A stretch of 64,000 nucleotides of DNA from Thermodesulfobacteriota bacterium (GTDB lineage Bacteria > Desulfobacterota_D > UBA1144 > Nemesobacterales > Mycalebacteriaceae), in the NCBI GenBank assembly GCA_965226585.1, contig OZ245366.1:448001-512000 (forward strand), read 5' to 3'. Numbering within the stretch: position 1 is the stretch's first letter; every line of letters begins with the position of its first letter. Of this stretch, positions 27,430-37,859 are shown piece after piece. The notes beneath the pieces were generated by a model that worked only from the letters and a program-made list of their open reading frames with translations, was not told where the DNA came from and ran no database searches. The position numbers and the translations under genes were made by a program.

Positions 27430-28272
27430 ATGGCTGAATACACACATCCCGAAGTTCTGGTTTCAACGCAGTGGGTGGAAGAGCACGCGGGCGACCCCGG
27501 TGTTGTAATTGTGGAGTCCGATGAAGATGTCCTCCTTTACGAAGTGGGGCATATCCCCGGCGCGATTAAACTTGACTGGCAGATAGAACTTCAGGATCAG
27601 GTCGTGAGAGACTATCTTGCGGTTGAAAATTTTGAAAAACTGATGTCTTCCAAAGGCATTTCAAACGACTCAAAAGTTGTTTTCTACGGAGACAAAAGCA
27701 ACTGGTGGGCGTGCTATGCGTTCTGGACTTTCAAGGTTATGGGTCATAAAAACTGCCTCATAATGGACGGCGGAAGACAGAAATGGGTTGACGAAAAAAG
27801 AGAATTGACCCGTGACGTTCCCAAAACGGAAAAGACAGACTACAAGGTTGGCAAAATGGATGAGTCCATAAGGGCTTTCCGCGAAGGCGTTCTGAAACAC
27901 ATGGATGCCGGCGGCGCGCTTGTGGATGTGCGCTCACCCAAAGAGTTCACCGGAGAACTGCTTCACATGGAGGCGTACCCGCAGGAGGGCTGTCTGAGAG
28001 GCGGCCACATACCGGGGGCGAAAAGTGTTCCGTGGGCAACTGCGGCAAACGAAGACGGAACCTTCAAATCCGCCGATGAACTTATCAACATTTACGAAAA
28101 AGAGCAGAAACTCAGTTCCTCAAAAGACGTTGTTGTCTATTGCAGAATAGGCGAGAGGTCTTCCCACACATGGTTTGTGCTTACCTACCTTCTCGGCTAC
28201 AAGAACGTCAAAAACTATGACGGCTCGTGGACGGAATGGGGAAACCTTGTCCGCGCCCCCATAGAGAGATAA
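27430..28272 (+). CDS. Two-domain rhodanese / thiosulfate sulfurtransferase (SseA/CysA-like)
   Basis: LVSTQWV, GHIPGA twice, YCRIGERSS active site, NYDGSWTEW. Confidence 0.92.
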   Translation: MAEYTHPEVLVSTQWVEEHAGDPGVVIVESDEDVLLYEVGHIPGAIKLDWQIELQDQVVRDYLAVENFEKLMSSKGISNDSKVVFYGDKSNWWACYAFWTFKVMGHKNCLIMDGGRQKWVDEKRELTRDVPKTEKTDYKVGKMDESIRAFREGVLKHMDAGGALVDVRSPKEFTGELLHMEAYPQEGCLRGGHIPGAKSVPWATAANEDGTFKSADELINIYEKEQKLSSSKDVVVYCRIGERSSHTWFVLTYLLGYKNVKNYDGSWTEWGNLVRAPIER

Positions 28273-28282
28273 GGCGGACGGT

Positions 28283-28705
28283 TTGATGCGGCTCACCGAT
28301 ATTGTTGAGCAGTTCAGAAACTCAGACCTTCAAGCCACTCTGGAGATACTGGTTGACTACTCGGACAGCCTTCCCCCGCTTCCCGACAAATACGTTCCCC
28401 TTCTCAAAAGCAGTGAAAATCAGGTGCCGGAGTGCGAAACACCCGTTTTTCTGTGGGTTGAAGTGAACGGCGGGAAGGTTGAGATATACGCCCATGTTCC
28501 CGAAGAATCGCCAACCGTGCGCGGTTTTGTTTCAATCCTTGTTGACGCTTTCACGGGCGCGTCTCCCGAAGAGGTGGCGCAATCGCCGTCAAACCTTCTC
28601 AACAGTCTCGGGCTTGACACGAAAATAGGCACAAGGCGTATGTACGGGCTTGGAGCCGTGTACGCGAGAATAAAAAAAGAGGTTGGCAAGAAAGCCGGGA
28701 ACTGA
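28283..28705 (+). CDS. sufE: SufE-family sulfur acceptor
   Basis: VPECETPVFLW conserved Cys; ESPTVRGF; LGL...RR..G. Confidence 0.8.
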   Translation: MMRLTDIVEQFRNSDLQATLEILVDYSDSLPPLPDKYVPLLKSSENQVPECETPVFLWVEVNGGKVEIYAHVPEESPTVRGFVSILVDAFTGASPEEVAQSPSNLLNSLGLDTKIGTRRMYGLGAVYARIKKEVGKKAGN

Positions 28706-28709
28706 AAAA

Positions 28710-29099
28710 ATGATACACGGCGAACTGATGGATATGCTGATAGACCACTACGAAAATCCGCGCAACTGCTGCGCGATGGAAGACGCGGACCTTGTTATGA
28801 GCGGCGGCAATTCCGGATGCGGAGACACAATAACGGTTTACGTCAAACTGAACGGCGGCGAGGTCGGCGAACTCAGTTTTGAGGGCAAAGGGTGTATGGT
28901 GAGTCAGGCGGCGGCTTCTCTCATATCCCTCAAAGTCAAAGGAATGCCGGTTGAAGATATTTCCGCGATGAACAGGGACAACATGATTGAGATTCTTGGC
29001 AAAGAGATTGTCGTGCGCCGCCCCAGATGCTCAACACTCGCCCTTGACACACTCAAAGGCGCGCTTCTGAAAATGCGCGCCGGACTTGAAGACTCATAA
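28710..29099 (+). CDS. SufU/IscU-type Fe-S scaffold or sulfur-transfer protein
   Basis: DHYENPRN, NSGCGD, FEGKGCMVSQAAAS, RPRC. Confidence 0.85.
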   Translation: MIHGELMDMLIDHYENPRNCCAMEDADLVMSGGNSGCGDTITVYVKLNGGEVGELSFEGKGCMVSQAAASLISLKVKGMPVEDISAMNRDNMIEILGKEIVVRRPRCSTLALDTLKGALLKMRAGLEDS

Positions 29100-29894
29100 T
29101 CAGATAAACACGAATATCAGAACCGCCGCCACCGCGAGCCGGTAGATAACAAAAGGCGTATAGCTTCCCCGTCTCGCGAAACTCAGCAGAAACCGTATCG
29201 CAAATATCCCCGTAACCGTTGCGGCCGCCGCTCCGGCGATAACTTCGCCGTCAAGCGGAAGGGTGAACCCGTTTCTCCAAACCCTGTGGGCGATTGCCGC
29301 GCAAATCGCCGGCACGCCCATCATAAAGGCGAATTTCGCGGAATCCTCCCTTCTGTATCCGAGAAACATTCCGCCCGCTATTGACGCGCCCGCCCGCGAG
29401 ACGCCCGGAACAAGAGCGAACGACTGCGCGATTCCGAAGAAAACGCAATCTTTTATGGAAACTCCTGAAAGCCGTTTTGTTCCCTCTTTTCCCGCATCCG
29501 CGATAAAAAGCGCCGCGCTTCCGGCTATCAGTCCGCCGCTCACAACAAGGGGCTGTCTTAAAATCCCCGCTATCGCGTATTCAAACAAAAAACCTGCGGC
29601 GACTGCGGGCAGGGCGGTTATCAGAAGCCCCGCGCCCATTCTTGCCTCCGCGCTTTTCACAGACCCGCTCACAGACGAGCGGTAAAGCGCGCGGACAATC
29701 AGCGCCCAGTCTTTTCTGAAACAGATAAAAATGGCGAGCAGGGTTCCCGCGTGAAGCCACACCGCAAGGTCAAGCCCGCCGTCTTTCCACGAAAAAAGCC
29801 ACGCGAAAATCATAATATGAGCCGTACTGCTCACGGGGAAAAACTCCGTTACCCCTTGCGCGGCTCCGAGAAACGCAATCTCAAACTTTTCCAA
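29100..29894 (-). CDS. uppP: Undecaprenyl-diphosphate phosphatase
   Basis: QGVTEFFPVSSTAH and PGVSRAG motifs; multiple TM helices. Confidence 0.9.
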   Translation of the reverse strand: MEKFEIAFLGAAQGVTEFFPVSSTAHIMIFAWLFSWKDGGLDLAVWLHAGTLLAIFICFRKDWALIVRALYRSSVSGSVKSAEARMGAGLLITALPAVAAGFLFEYAIAGILRQPLVVSGGLIAGSAALFIADAGKEGTKRLSGVSIKDCVFFGIAQSFALVPGVSRAGASIAGGMFLGYRREDSAKFAFMMGVPAICAAIAHRVWRNGFTLPLDGEVIAGAAAATVTGIFAIRFLLSFARRGSYTPFVIYRLAVAAVLIFVFI

Positions 29895-32666
29895 TCAGTT
29901 TCCCCTTTTCGCCTTCAGTATCTTTTTCAAATATGCGCCCGTTTTGGAATTTTTCACCCGCGCCACATCTTCGGGGCTTCCCTCGGCAATGATTTTTCCG
30001 CCGTCTCTTCCCCCGCCGGGACCGAGGTCTATTATGTGGTCTGCGCTTTTGATTATGTCCGTGTTGTGCTCTATCACAATTACCGTGTTGCCTTTCCGTA
30101 TCAACTCGTCCATCGCTTCAAGCAGTTTTTTCACGTCGTTGAAATGAAGCCCGATGGACGGCTCGTCAAGCACGTAAAGCGTTTTGCCCGTCTCCCTCTG
30201 AGACAGTTCTTTTGCTATTTTTATTCTCTGCGCCTCTCCGCCCGAAAGCGTGTTCGCCTCCTGCCCCAGTTTTATGTATCCGAGACCGACCTTCTGCAAT
30301 ATCGCCAGTTTGCGGCTTATCTTCGGAATGTTTGAGAAAAACTCAGCCGCCTCGGACACCGTCATGTCCAGAACCTCTGAGATGTTTTTGTCCCTGTACG
30401 TTACCTCAAGAGTTTCGCCGCCGTAGCGTTTGCCCCGGCACTGCTCGCAGGTTGTGTACACATCGGGCAGGAAGTGCATCTCAACCTTCACGCTTCCCTT
30501 GCCGCCGCAAGTTCCGCAACTCCCCCCTTTGACGTTGAAACTGAAACGCCCCGCCCCGTATCCCCGCAGTTTTGATTCCGGCACTCCGGCAAACAGTTCG
30601 CGCACGGGGGCGAATATTCCCGTGTATGTCGCCGGGTTTGACCTCGGCGTTCTCCCGATGGGCGTCTGGTCTATCCTCACCACTTTGTCTATGTTCGCCG
30701 CGCCCGCAACCGCGCCGCAGTTTCCCCTTTTTCCCCTTCCGCTCCGTGTTTTTTCAAGCGCGGGGCAGAGGGTTTCGTGAAGAAGCGTGCTTTTGCCCGA
30801 GCCCGAAACTCCGGTGAGACAGGTGAACACACCGACCGGAAACGACACGTCCAAATTTGCCAGATTTCGCGCCCGCGCCCCTTTAACCGTGATGAACTTC
30901 TCCGCCTTCCGCCTCTTGCGCGGAACCTCTATTTTCTCTTTCCCCGACAGGTATTTTCCGGTCAGCGATTTCTCGCACGATATAAGGTCTTCAACCGTTC
31001 CGCATCCCGTTATCTCTCCGCCCTGTCTTCCGGCTCCGGGACCCAGATCCAGAACAAAATCGCTGTTTCGTATCGTGTCCTCGTCATGCTCCACAACCAC
31101 AACCGTGTTGCCGTCATCCCTGACGGATTTGAGCGTCCGTATCAGTTTGTCGTTGTCTGACGGATGAAGCCCGATGGACGGCTCGTCAAGCACGTAGGTA
31201 ACGCCCGTCATCTGCGCGCCCAGTTGCGTGGCAAGCCGGATTCTCTGCGCCTCGCCGCCCGAAAGCGCGGGCGCGGAGCGGTCAAGCGTCATATACCCCA
31301 GCCCGACATTTTGAAGAAATCCGATTCTTGAAGCGATTTCGCGTATAACCCCGCCCGCGACCTCCGTCTCGTATTTTCCCAGCCTGATCTGCCCGAAAAA
31401 CCGCGCCGCCTCGTCCATGTCAAGCCGTGATATTTCGTAAATCGTTTTGCCGTCAACCACAACCGAGCGCGCCTGCCTGTTTATCCTCGCCCCCTCGCAA
31501 GACCGGCACGGCTCTGTCGTCATATATCCGGCAAGTTCCGCCTGAACCTCTCCCGACTCCGTTTCGCTTTGCCACTTTGAGAGAGCCCCGATAACTCCGG
31601 GAAATGTGTCTGCGCCGTCCGCCTTTTTATCGCCGTAGAGAATTGTGCGCTTTGCCCCCGCGGAAAGTTTCCCGAACGGAACGGCGGTGCTGAACCCGTG
31701 AAACTCCGCCGCTTCCTCAACAAGCCGTTTGTGATACGGCGAGTTTTTCCACGGAACGATTGCCCCCTCATTCAGGGATAGAGACCGGTTCACAACCAGT
31801 TCGGGCGAAAAGAAGGTTGTTGTTCCAATTCCTGAGCAGTCGCCGCACATACCGTATGGGCTGTTGAACGAGAAGATTCTGGGCGATATTTCCCCGTAAG
31901 CTGTTCCGCAAGACGGGCACGCGAAGTTTTCGCTGAAGTTGACGGTTTTTCCTCCCGCCGCGCAGACGGCGTTTCCTCCCGATTTTTTCAACGCCAGCTC
32001 CACGGACGCCTCAATCCGTTTCAACGCGCCCGGCTTTGAGGTTTCCACCTCGTCCACCACCACCTCTATGTTGTGCGAGATGTTTCTTTCCAGAACTATT
32101 TCCGAGTCAAGGTCTCTTTCCCGCCCGTCTATAAAGGCGCGCACAAAGCCCTCCATTCTCAGTTCGTCAATCTCTTTTCTGTAAATCCCCTTTCTGCCCC
32201 TCACGATTGGCGAAAGAATGACCGCCTCGCCGCCCGCCGCCGCAGACATTATCCGCTTTGCCATCTCGCCCGCGGTCTGCGCGCTTATCTTTTCGCCGCA
32301 CCGGTGGCAGAACGGCTTTCCCGCCCGCGCGAAAAGCAGACGCATAAAGTCATATATCTCCGTTATCGTTCCGACCGTTGAGCGCGGGTTGCGGTGAAAG
32401 GTTTTCTGGTCAAGCGATATGGAAGGCGAAAGCCCGTCCATAAAATCCACGTCCGGTTTTTCCAACTGCTCCACAAACTGCCGCGCGTATGCCGAGAGCG
32501 ACTGCATAAACCTGCGCTGTCCTTCGGCAAACAGAGTGTCAAACGCCAGAGACGATTTGCCTGAGCCGCTTACGCCCGTGATGGTAACGAGTTTTCCGCG
32601 CGGGATTTTCGCGCTGATATTTTTAAGGTTGTGGCTTCTCGCGCCTTTTATTGTAATGAAACTCAA
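29895..32666 (-). CDS. uvrA: Excinuclease ABC subunit A
   Basis: Two GVSGSGKS Walker A motifs, LSGGEAQRI twice, zinc fingers. Confidence 0.97.
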   Translation of the reverse strand: MSFITIKGARSHNLKNISAKIPRGKLVTITGVSGSGKSSLAFDTLFAEGQRRFMQSLSAYARQFVEQLEKPDVDFMDGLSPSISLDQKTFHRNPRSTVGTITEIYDFMRLLFARAGKPFCHRCGEKISAQTAGEMAKRIMSAAAGGEAVILSPIVRGRKGIYRKEIDELRMEGFVRAFIDGRERDLDSEIVLERNISHNIEVVVDEVETSKPGALKRIEASVELALKKSGGNAVCAAGGKTVNFSENFACPSCGTAYGEISPRIFSFNSPYGMCGDCSGIGTTTFFSPELVVNRSLSLNEGAIVPWKNSPYHKRLVEEAAEFHGFSTAVPFGKLSAGAKRTILYGDKKADGADTFPGVIGALSKWQSETESGEVQAELAGYMTTEPCRSCEGARINRQARSVVVDGKTIYEISRLDMDEAARFFGQIRLGKYETEVAGGVIREIASRIGFLQNVGLGYMTLDRSAPALSGGEAQRIRLATQLGAQMTGVTYVLDEPSIGLHPSDNDKLIRTLKSVRDDGNTVVVVEHDEDTIRNSDFVLDLGPGAGRQGGEITGCGTVEDLISCEKSLTGKYLSGKEKIEVPRKRRKAEKFITVKGARARNLANLDVSFPVGVFTCLTGVSGSGKSTLLHETLCPALEKTRSGRGKRGNCGAVAGAANIDKVVRIDQTPIGRTPRSNPATYTGIFAPVRELFAGVPESKLRGYGAGRFSFNVKGGSCGTCGGKGSVKVEMHFLPDVYTTCEQCRGKRYGGETLEVTYRDKNISEVLDMTVSEAAEFFSNIPKISRKLAILQKVGLGYIKLGQEANTLSGGEAQRIKIAKELSQRETGKTLYVLDEPSIGLHFNDVKKLLEAMDELIRKGNTVIVIEHNTDIIKSADHIIDLGPGGGRDGGKIIAEGSPEDVARVKNSKTGAYLKKILKAKRGN

Positions 32667-32688
32667 GGCAACTCCGCCGCCCGCCCTT

Positions 32689-33540
32689 TTATCCGCGAGG
32701 CGTCATCGCCTCAAGGCGGGCTATGCGCTCCTCAGTCGGCGGGTGTGTGCTGAACAGTTTGGCAAATCCGCCCCCTATCATGGGGCTGACTATCATCATA
32801 TGTGAAGTGCTTTCCGCCGTCTGTTCGCTCACGCTGAACGGTATTTCTTTGGCGAAGTTGTCCATTTTTCTGAGCGCGTCCGCAAGAAATATCGGGTTCG
32901 CGCAGATTGCCGCGCCTTCCCTGTCGGCTCCGTACTCTCTTGTGCGAGATATGGCGAGCCGGATAATCGTTGCCGCGAGCGGAGCCACAATCGCCATCGC
33001 GAGAAGAACGAATATGTTGTTTCTTCCCCTGCCGCCGCCTCCGAAAATCGCCGCGAACTGCGCTATCCAAGCTATGTAGCTTATCGCCGCCGCGATGGTT
33101 GCCGCGACCGAGCCTATGAGGATGTCGCGGTTTTTTATATGGGCGAGTTCGTGCGCCAGAACGCCTTTGAGTTCGTATCTGTTAAGGAGTTTCACAATTC
33201 CCTGCGTTACGGCGACCGCCGAGTGTGAGTGGCTTCTTCCGGTGGCAAAAGCGTTGGGTGTTTGTTCGGGAACGATATAGACCTTCGGCATTGGAAGCCC
33301 CGCGCTTTGGGCGAGTTCGCGCACATCCGCGTAAAGTTCCGGGGCGGAGGATTCGTCCACTTCTTGTGCGCGATACATTTTCAGCACGATTTTGTCGCTC
33401 CACCAGAAGCTTGCGAAGTTCATAATCACCGCAAACACAAGGGCGATAACCGCTCCCTGTTGTCCGCCGAAAGTTCCCCCGCACCACACGAGAATGGCGG
33501 ACATGGCGGACAGCAGAACAAGACTTTTCAAAGTGTTCAT
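32689..33540 (-). CDS. htpX: Zinc metalloprotease HtpX
   Basis: PNAFATGR, HELAH, SRTREYGAD, FSTHPP. Confidence 0.93.
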   Translation of the reverse strand: MNTLKSLVLLSAMSAILVWCGGTFGGQQGAVIALVFAVIMNFASFWWSDKIVLKMYRAQEVDESSAPELYADVRELAQSAGLPMPKVYIVPEQTPNAFATGRSHSHSAVAVTQGIVKLLNRYELKGVLAHELAHIKNRDILIGSVAATIAAAISYIAWIAQFAAIFGGGGRGRNNIFVLLAMAIVAPLAATIIRLAISRTREYGADREGAAICANPIFLADALRKMDNFAKEIPFSVSEQTAESTSHMMIVSPMIGGGFAKLFSTHPPTEERIARLEAMTPRG

Positions 33541-33593
33541 TTTTTCGTGTACCCCTCCGGACGCCGCCGCGCGCGCCCGTCTCTGTATTATAA

Positions 33594-33905
33594 TCACACA
33601 GGCTTGCGGTTCAATGTTTGGGAGTCTCTGATATTCCGCCATCCCGGTATGTGCGCGCTCAACATCTGTTTGAACAGTTTTCCGTGATTGGGGATTTTCA
33701 GGTGCAGAAGTTCATGCGCTATGACAAAATGGCGGAATTTTTCCGGCTTGCGGAGCAGTTCAGAGTTGAAACTCACGTGTCCGTTGCTTGAGCATGAGCC
33801 CCACTTCCGCGTCATTTGCCTGACGGTTACGCGCTCCGGAGAAACTTTGATTTTCTTGGCAAACAGCGCGATTTCATTCTTGAACTTCTTTTTTGATACG
33901 CTCAT
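33594..33905 (-). CDS. Short M48/YgjP (DUF45)-like metallopeptidase
   Basis: KWGSCS, VIAHELLHL, NHGKLF; overlaps the hsdR end, a common companion of type I R-M operons. Confidence 0.8.
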   Translation of the reverse strand: MSVSKKKFKNEIALFAKKIKVSPERVTVRQMTRKWGSCSSNGHVSFNSELLRKPEKFRHFVIAHELLHLKIPNHGKLFKQMLSAHIPGWRNIRDSQTLNRKPV

Positions 33906-36807
33906 CCAGTTTTATCAACTCCTCAATTACGGAGTTTTTCTCCTCTTTTTTCACGGCATTTCCAACTGCCTTGTAGATGTCGACTTTAAGGTCTTTTTTC
34001 TGATAATGGTTTTCAGCATGGTTGGGAAACTTGTCAAACAGTTTATCAATCTCTGCGGCGGTTTCTTCGGCTTCAGAGTCGCCCGCCCGCTCAAGAATGA
34101 ATCCGAGGAAAAACTGGCGCGGTGATTTGCCGCTTTCGCTGAGTTTTTGTTTCACATCCAAGCCCTCTTTTGCGCACTGTTTCAGTTTTTCAACCGCCAT
34201 GCGGGCGGTGATGATATTCTGTTCAAAGTCTTCTTTCACTCTTCGCGCCTTGTCAGCCATTGATGACAAAGCGGCTCCGTATTCCAAATCTTTTATAAGT
34301 TTTGTGATTATGTCTGTCAGGTTATAGACCTTTACCTTGTCGCTACCGCCGCTTTTTGATATTTCCTCAAGAGTTTCACTGTTGACGGCAACCTCAACTC
34401 CTTCCCTTTCTTTTCCGAACGCTTCAACTTTTTCCCTTATAAGCAGTTCGGTTTTTTTCTGAAACTCCCTGTAGCGGACGGGGGTTTCATCCCCTCCAAA
34501 ACGTTTCATAACAATTTTGTACATCGCGCTTAGTGTTTTGTAGTCTTCAAGGCGGTTTCTGAGTTTTTCGTCCGGCGAGAGAATTTCATAGAGGGCTTGA
34601 GTTTCCCTGAAGAAATCAATAAAGGCGTCTCTTTTTTCTTTGTCTGAAAAATACTCAATTATCTTTTCAACCGCTTTGTCGTCTCCGGTTTTGCCGGGTA
34701 TTTGCAGATATTTCTCCGCTGTTTTCATCTGCTTTTCGAAACTGTCAAAAAGAAGTTCAATGTTTTCTATAACCCCTTTCACGTCCTTTGAATCGAACTC
34801 AAGGGCTTTCTCCAGATTTTTCATAATTCCCACAAAGTCCACAATCAAGCCGCATGGTTTGTCCTTTTCTTCAAACGAGTAGGGCCTGTTGACGCGGGAT
34901 ATTGACTGAAGCAAGACATGGTCGCGCATGGGTTTGTCCAGATACATGCAGTAGAGAATGGGGGCGTCAAAGCCGGTCAGAAGTTTGTCTGTTACGATAA
35001 ACAGTTTCGGGTCTCTGCCGGGTTTTTTAAACTCTTTGCGCAGGGTGAATTCCTCATTTCCTGAGAGTTGATGTTTTGCGACAAGCGGGAGTGTTTTGGT
35101 GTCGTGCTGGGCTTTAGAGTAGACCGCTTTTACGGATTCCTGTGGCAGGAGTTTGTCAAACTCTTGTTTGTAGAGAGCGCAGGCTTCGCGGTCAACCGCC
35201 ACAAAAAACGCTTTATATCCGAGGGGCAGAACGTTTTCCTTGAAATGCTCCGCAACATATTCCGCGACAAGCGGTATTCTTGTGTTTGATTTCAGAAAGG
35301 TTTTCAGAGTTGCGGCTTTGTCTAAAACCTTGTTCAGTTGTTCTATGTCGTTGAGTCCTTCGGTTTCAGCCATTGAAAGGAACTCTTTTTCCAGAGTTTC
35401 TTCGGGAACCAGAAAGTCCACGGGGGCGAGTTTGTATTTCAGTTCAACGGTTGTGCCGTCTTGTATGGACTCTTTTATGGAGTATTTGTCCAGATAACTT
35501 TTTTTCCCGTCATCTCTGCCGAAAATTTTGAAGGTTCCCTTTCCGTGAGCGGTTTTGTCTATCGGTGTTCCGGTGAACCCGATAAATGTTGCGTTTGGCA
35601 GTGCTCCGGTGAGGTAGTTTCCCAAATCCCCTTCAATACTGCGGTGGGCTTCGTCAACAAAAACAAATATGTTTTTTCTTTCGCTTATTTTTGCGGGTAT
35701 TGAGTCAAACTTATGGATCATTGAGACAATCAGCCCTCTGAAGTTTGATTTCAGCAGTTCCTGCAAATCCTTTTTAGTATCCGCCTCTTTGGTATTCACC
35801 CCCGTGATTCCGCCTTCCTGCGAGAGGGATTTAATCCAGCCGGAGAGTTGTCCTTCAAGTTCGTTTCTGTCTATCATCAAAATAACGGTTGGGTCTTCGC
35901 CGCCGATTTTTCTCTTAAAGACCATCTCTGCGGCTTTTATCATGGTGAAGGTTTTGCCAGACCCTTGTGTGTGCCATATCAGTCCGCGAGTTTTTTCGTT
36001 ATCGGCGCATCTGTTTTCTATGCGTTCAGCGGCGCGTGTCTGGTGTTGCCGGAGAACGGTTTTTTTGAGTTCGTCATCTTGTTGAAAGAACAGAATCCAT
36101 TGTCCGAGCATTTTCAAAAATCTTTCTCTGTCAAAGAATGCTTTTACTTTTGTTTCAAAGTTTCCTTCCTGTTCGTCTTTCCAGTTGAAGATTGATTTCG
36201 CGCCAGTGTTCCATGTAACGCCGTAGTGAAAGCCCAGCACATCGGTTATATCAAAAACCTGGGGTAGGGCGAGCATGGCGGGGGTATCTCCGTGATACTG
36301 TCTTATCTGTGTCAACCCTTCCCATATTGGATCTTCTTTTACCGCGCTTTTTGTTTCAACGACGGCAACGGGTATGCCGTTAATCAGAAACACCACATCG
36401 GCGCGGCGTGTTTTTTCAATACCTTCAACCGACCATTCGTCTGTTACTTGAAAAACATTGTTTCCGGGGTTGTCGTAGTCAACAACGCAAACATTGAGTT
36501 CACGGTCTTCTTTTTCGCAGTAAGTTGATTCTTCACCGCGAAGCCACGAGAGGGCGTTTTTGTTTCCTTTTATGTCGTAGTGGACGGATTCTATTGCCTG
36601 AATAACCTCACGGGCGTTTTCTTTGTTAATCAGTCCGGCATTGAGGGCGAAGAGTTGTTTTTCCAGAACGGAGGAGAACAGAAGTCCCTCAACCCCGCCG
36701 CGAAGATGTTCGGCTTCATTGCGCGAGATTACTTCCCAGCCGATTTGCGAAGCGTATTTAATCAGCGGGGATTGGACGGAGGATGTTTCTGAGGTTAGTG
36801 AGGGCAT
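33874..36807 (-). CDS. hsdR: Type I restriction enzyme R subunit
   Basis: RADVVFLINGIPVAVVETK nuclease motif; WHTQGSGKT, DEAHRS, GFTGTP, LLTGFDAP, SRVNR helicase motifs. Confidence 0.95.
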   Translation of the reverse strand: MPSLTSETSSVQSPLIKYASQIGWEVISRNEAEHLRGGVEGLLFSSVLEKQLFALNAGLINKENAREVIQAIESVHYDIKGNKNALSWLRGEESTYCEKEDRELNVCVVDYDNPGNNVFQVTDEWSVEGIEKTRRADVVFLINGIPVAVVETKSAVKEDPIWEGLTQIRQYHGDTPAMLALPQVFDITDVLGFHYGVTWNTGAKSIFNWKDEQEGNFETKVKAFFDRERFLKMLGQWILFFQQDDELKKTVLRQHQTRAAERIENRCADNEKTRGLIWHTQGSGKTFTMIKAAEMVFKRKIGGEDPTVILMIDRNELEGQLSGWIKSLSQEGGITGVNTKEADTKKDLQELLKSNFRGLIVSMIHKFDSIPAKISERKNIFVFVDEAHRSIEGDLGNYLTGALPNATFIGFTGTPIDKTAHGKGTFKIFGRDDGKKSYLDKYSIKESIQDGTTVELKYKLAPVDFLVPEETLEKEFLSMAETEGLNDIEQLNKVLDKAATLKTFLKSNTRIPLVAEYVAEHFKENVLPLGYKAFFVAVDREACALYKQEFDKLLPQESVKAVYSKAQHDTKTLPLVAKHQLSGNEEFTLRKEFKKPGRDPKLFIVTDKLLTGFDAPILYCMYLDKPMRDHVLLQSISRVNRPYSFEEKDKPCGLIVDFVGIMKNLEKALEFDSKDVKGVIENIELLFDSFEKQMKTAEKYLQIPGKTGDDKAVEKIIEYFSDKEKRDAFIDFFRETQALYEILSPDEKLRNRLEDYKTLSAMYKIVMKRFGGDETPVRYREFQKKTELLIREKVEAFGKEREGVEVAVNSETLEEISKSGGSDKVKVYNLTDIITKLIKDLEYGAALSSMADKARRVKEDFEQNIITARMAVEKLKQCAKEGLDVKQKLSESGKSPRQFFLGFILERAGDSEAEETAAEIDKLFDKFPNHAENHYQKKDLKVDIYKAVGNAVKKEEKNSVIEELIKLDERIKKEVQE

Positions 36808-36811
36808 GGGG

Positions 36812-37858
36812 TTATTTCATGTAACTGTAACTAAGGATTTGACTTGCCACCCTGTTAATACTTGCGTTATTTGCTTCGTCAGATATGGGAAAAAGGTCTT
36901 GGTGTTTTTCCCATACCTTTTCTTTTTGTACTTGTATAGATTGAGGGTCTAATATGAAAACATAGTTTTCTTTGGGAAAGTTTTCCGCAATCAGTTTGTT
37001 TATGTATTCATCCCGAAAGGAAAAACCTATTGCCAGTAGCGAATTGCATTCTTTCAGACTACTTGCAAAATAATCGTGAAACTCTTTGAAAGGTGTTCCT
37101 TCCGGTTTATCCTTAAATCCCGGATATAGAATCGGGTTGTTTTCAAGGTATGTTTCACTTGATTCTACAATTTGTTGTCTGTCATAGTATTTCCAGTTGA
37201 TTGATCCGTGCAGTTTTGTCAGCCAGATACTTCTCGTAAATGCTTTGTTGGTATCCCATTCATCTATTTTGAGTCCGTTGCTGAATGCCCCTTCTTGGAA
37301 GGGTTTTTTGTAATCTGCCCCATAGTCTTCGATAGATTTTTCGATGGCACGGTCATAGTTTGTGGTAAATATCTCTATGTTACATCCACCTTGTTTCATG
37401 CGTTCTAAAAAACTATGGTCTAGCCAGTAATTTGTATCCATCATCTTTTTTCTCTGTAACTCTGTTGACGAGTAGGATTCATAGACTTGCTTTTGAATGT
37501 CTGATTCCAAGCTTTGTATCTGCTTCAGAGATTCGGACATTTTCACTTTTGTTGAATGAAAGTATTTCCAGAAGTCGTTGTTATTTTGAGCGAGAATTAA
37601 AGGATGTTTAATTTCTTTGAGTTTCCACAGTATTCTTTCTATATCTATCGGGGGAATACCTACATCTTCAAGAATCTTTTTTCCCTCTGGGTCATTTGCC
37701 GGCAACGTTGTAAATAATGACAGCAAAGATACATATACAGGGTTGTCCTTAATCTTTCTGGGCAATTCTTCGTTGAAACGAACAGTTGTAGGGTAGCCTA
37801 AAGAAACGGATGCTCCCGCTCCGACAAATATGAGTAGATTGTTCTTTCCGTTAGCCAA
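36812..37858 (-). CDS. SIR2-family protein (SIR2_2-like, predicted NADase)
   Basis: FVGAGAS, FTTNYD, KLHGSINW, IGFSFRDEYIN. Confidence 0.85.
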   Translation of the reverse strand: MANGKNNLLIFVGAGASVSLGYPTTVRFNEELPRKIKDNPVYVSLLSLFTTLPANDPEGKKILEDVGIPPIDIERILWKLKEIKHPLILAQNNNDFWKYFHSTKVKMSESLKQIQSLESDIQKQVYESYSSTELQRKKMMDTNYWLDHSFLERMKQGGCNIEIFTTNYDRAIEKSIEDYGADYKKPFQEGAFSNGLKIDEWDTNKAFTRSIWLTKLHGSINWKYYDRQQIVESSETYLENNPILYPGFKDKPEGTPFKEFHDYFASSLKECNSLLAIGFSFRDEYINKLIAENFPKENYVFILDPQSIQVQKEKVWEKHQDLFPISDEANNASINRVASQILSYSYMK

Positions 37859-37859
37859 G

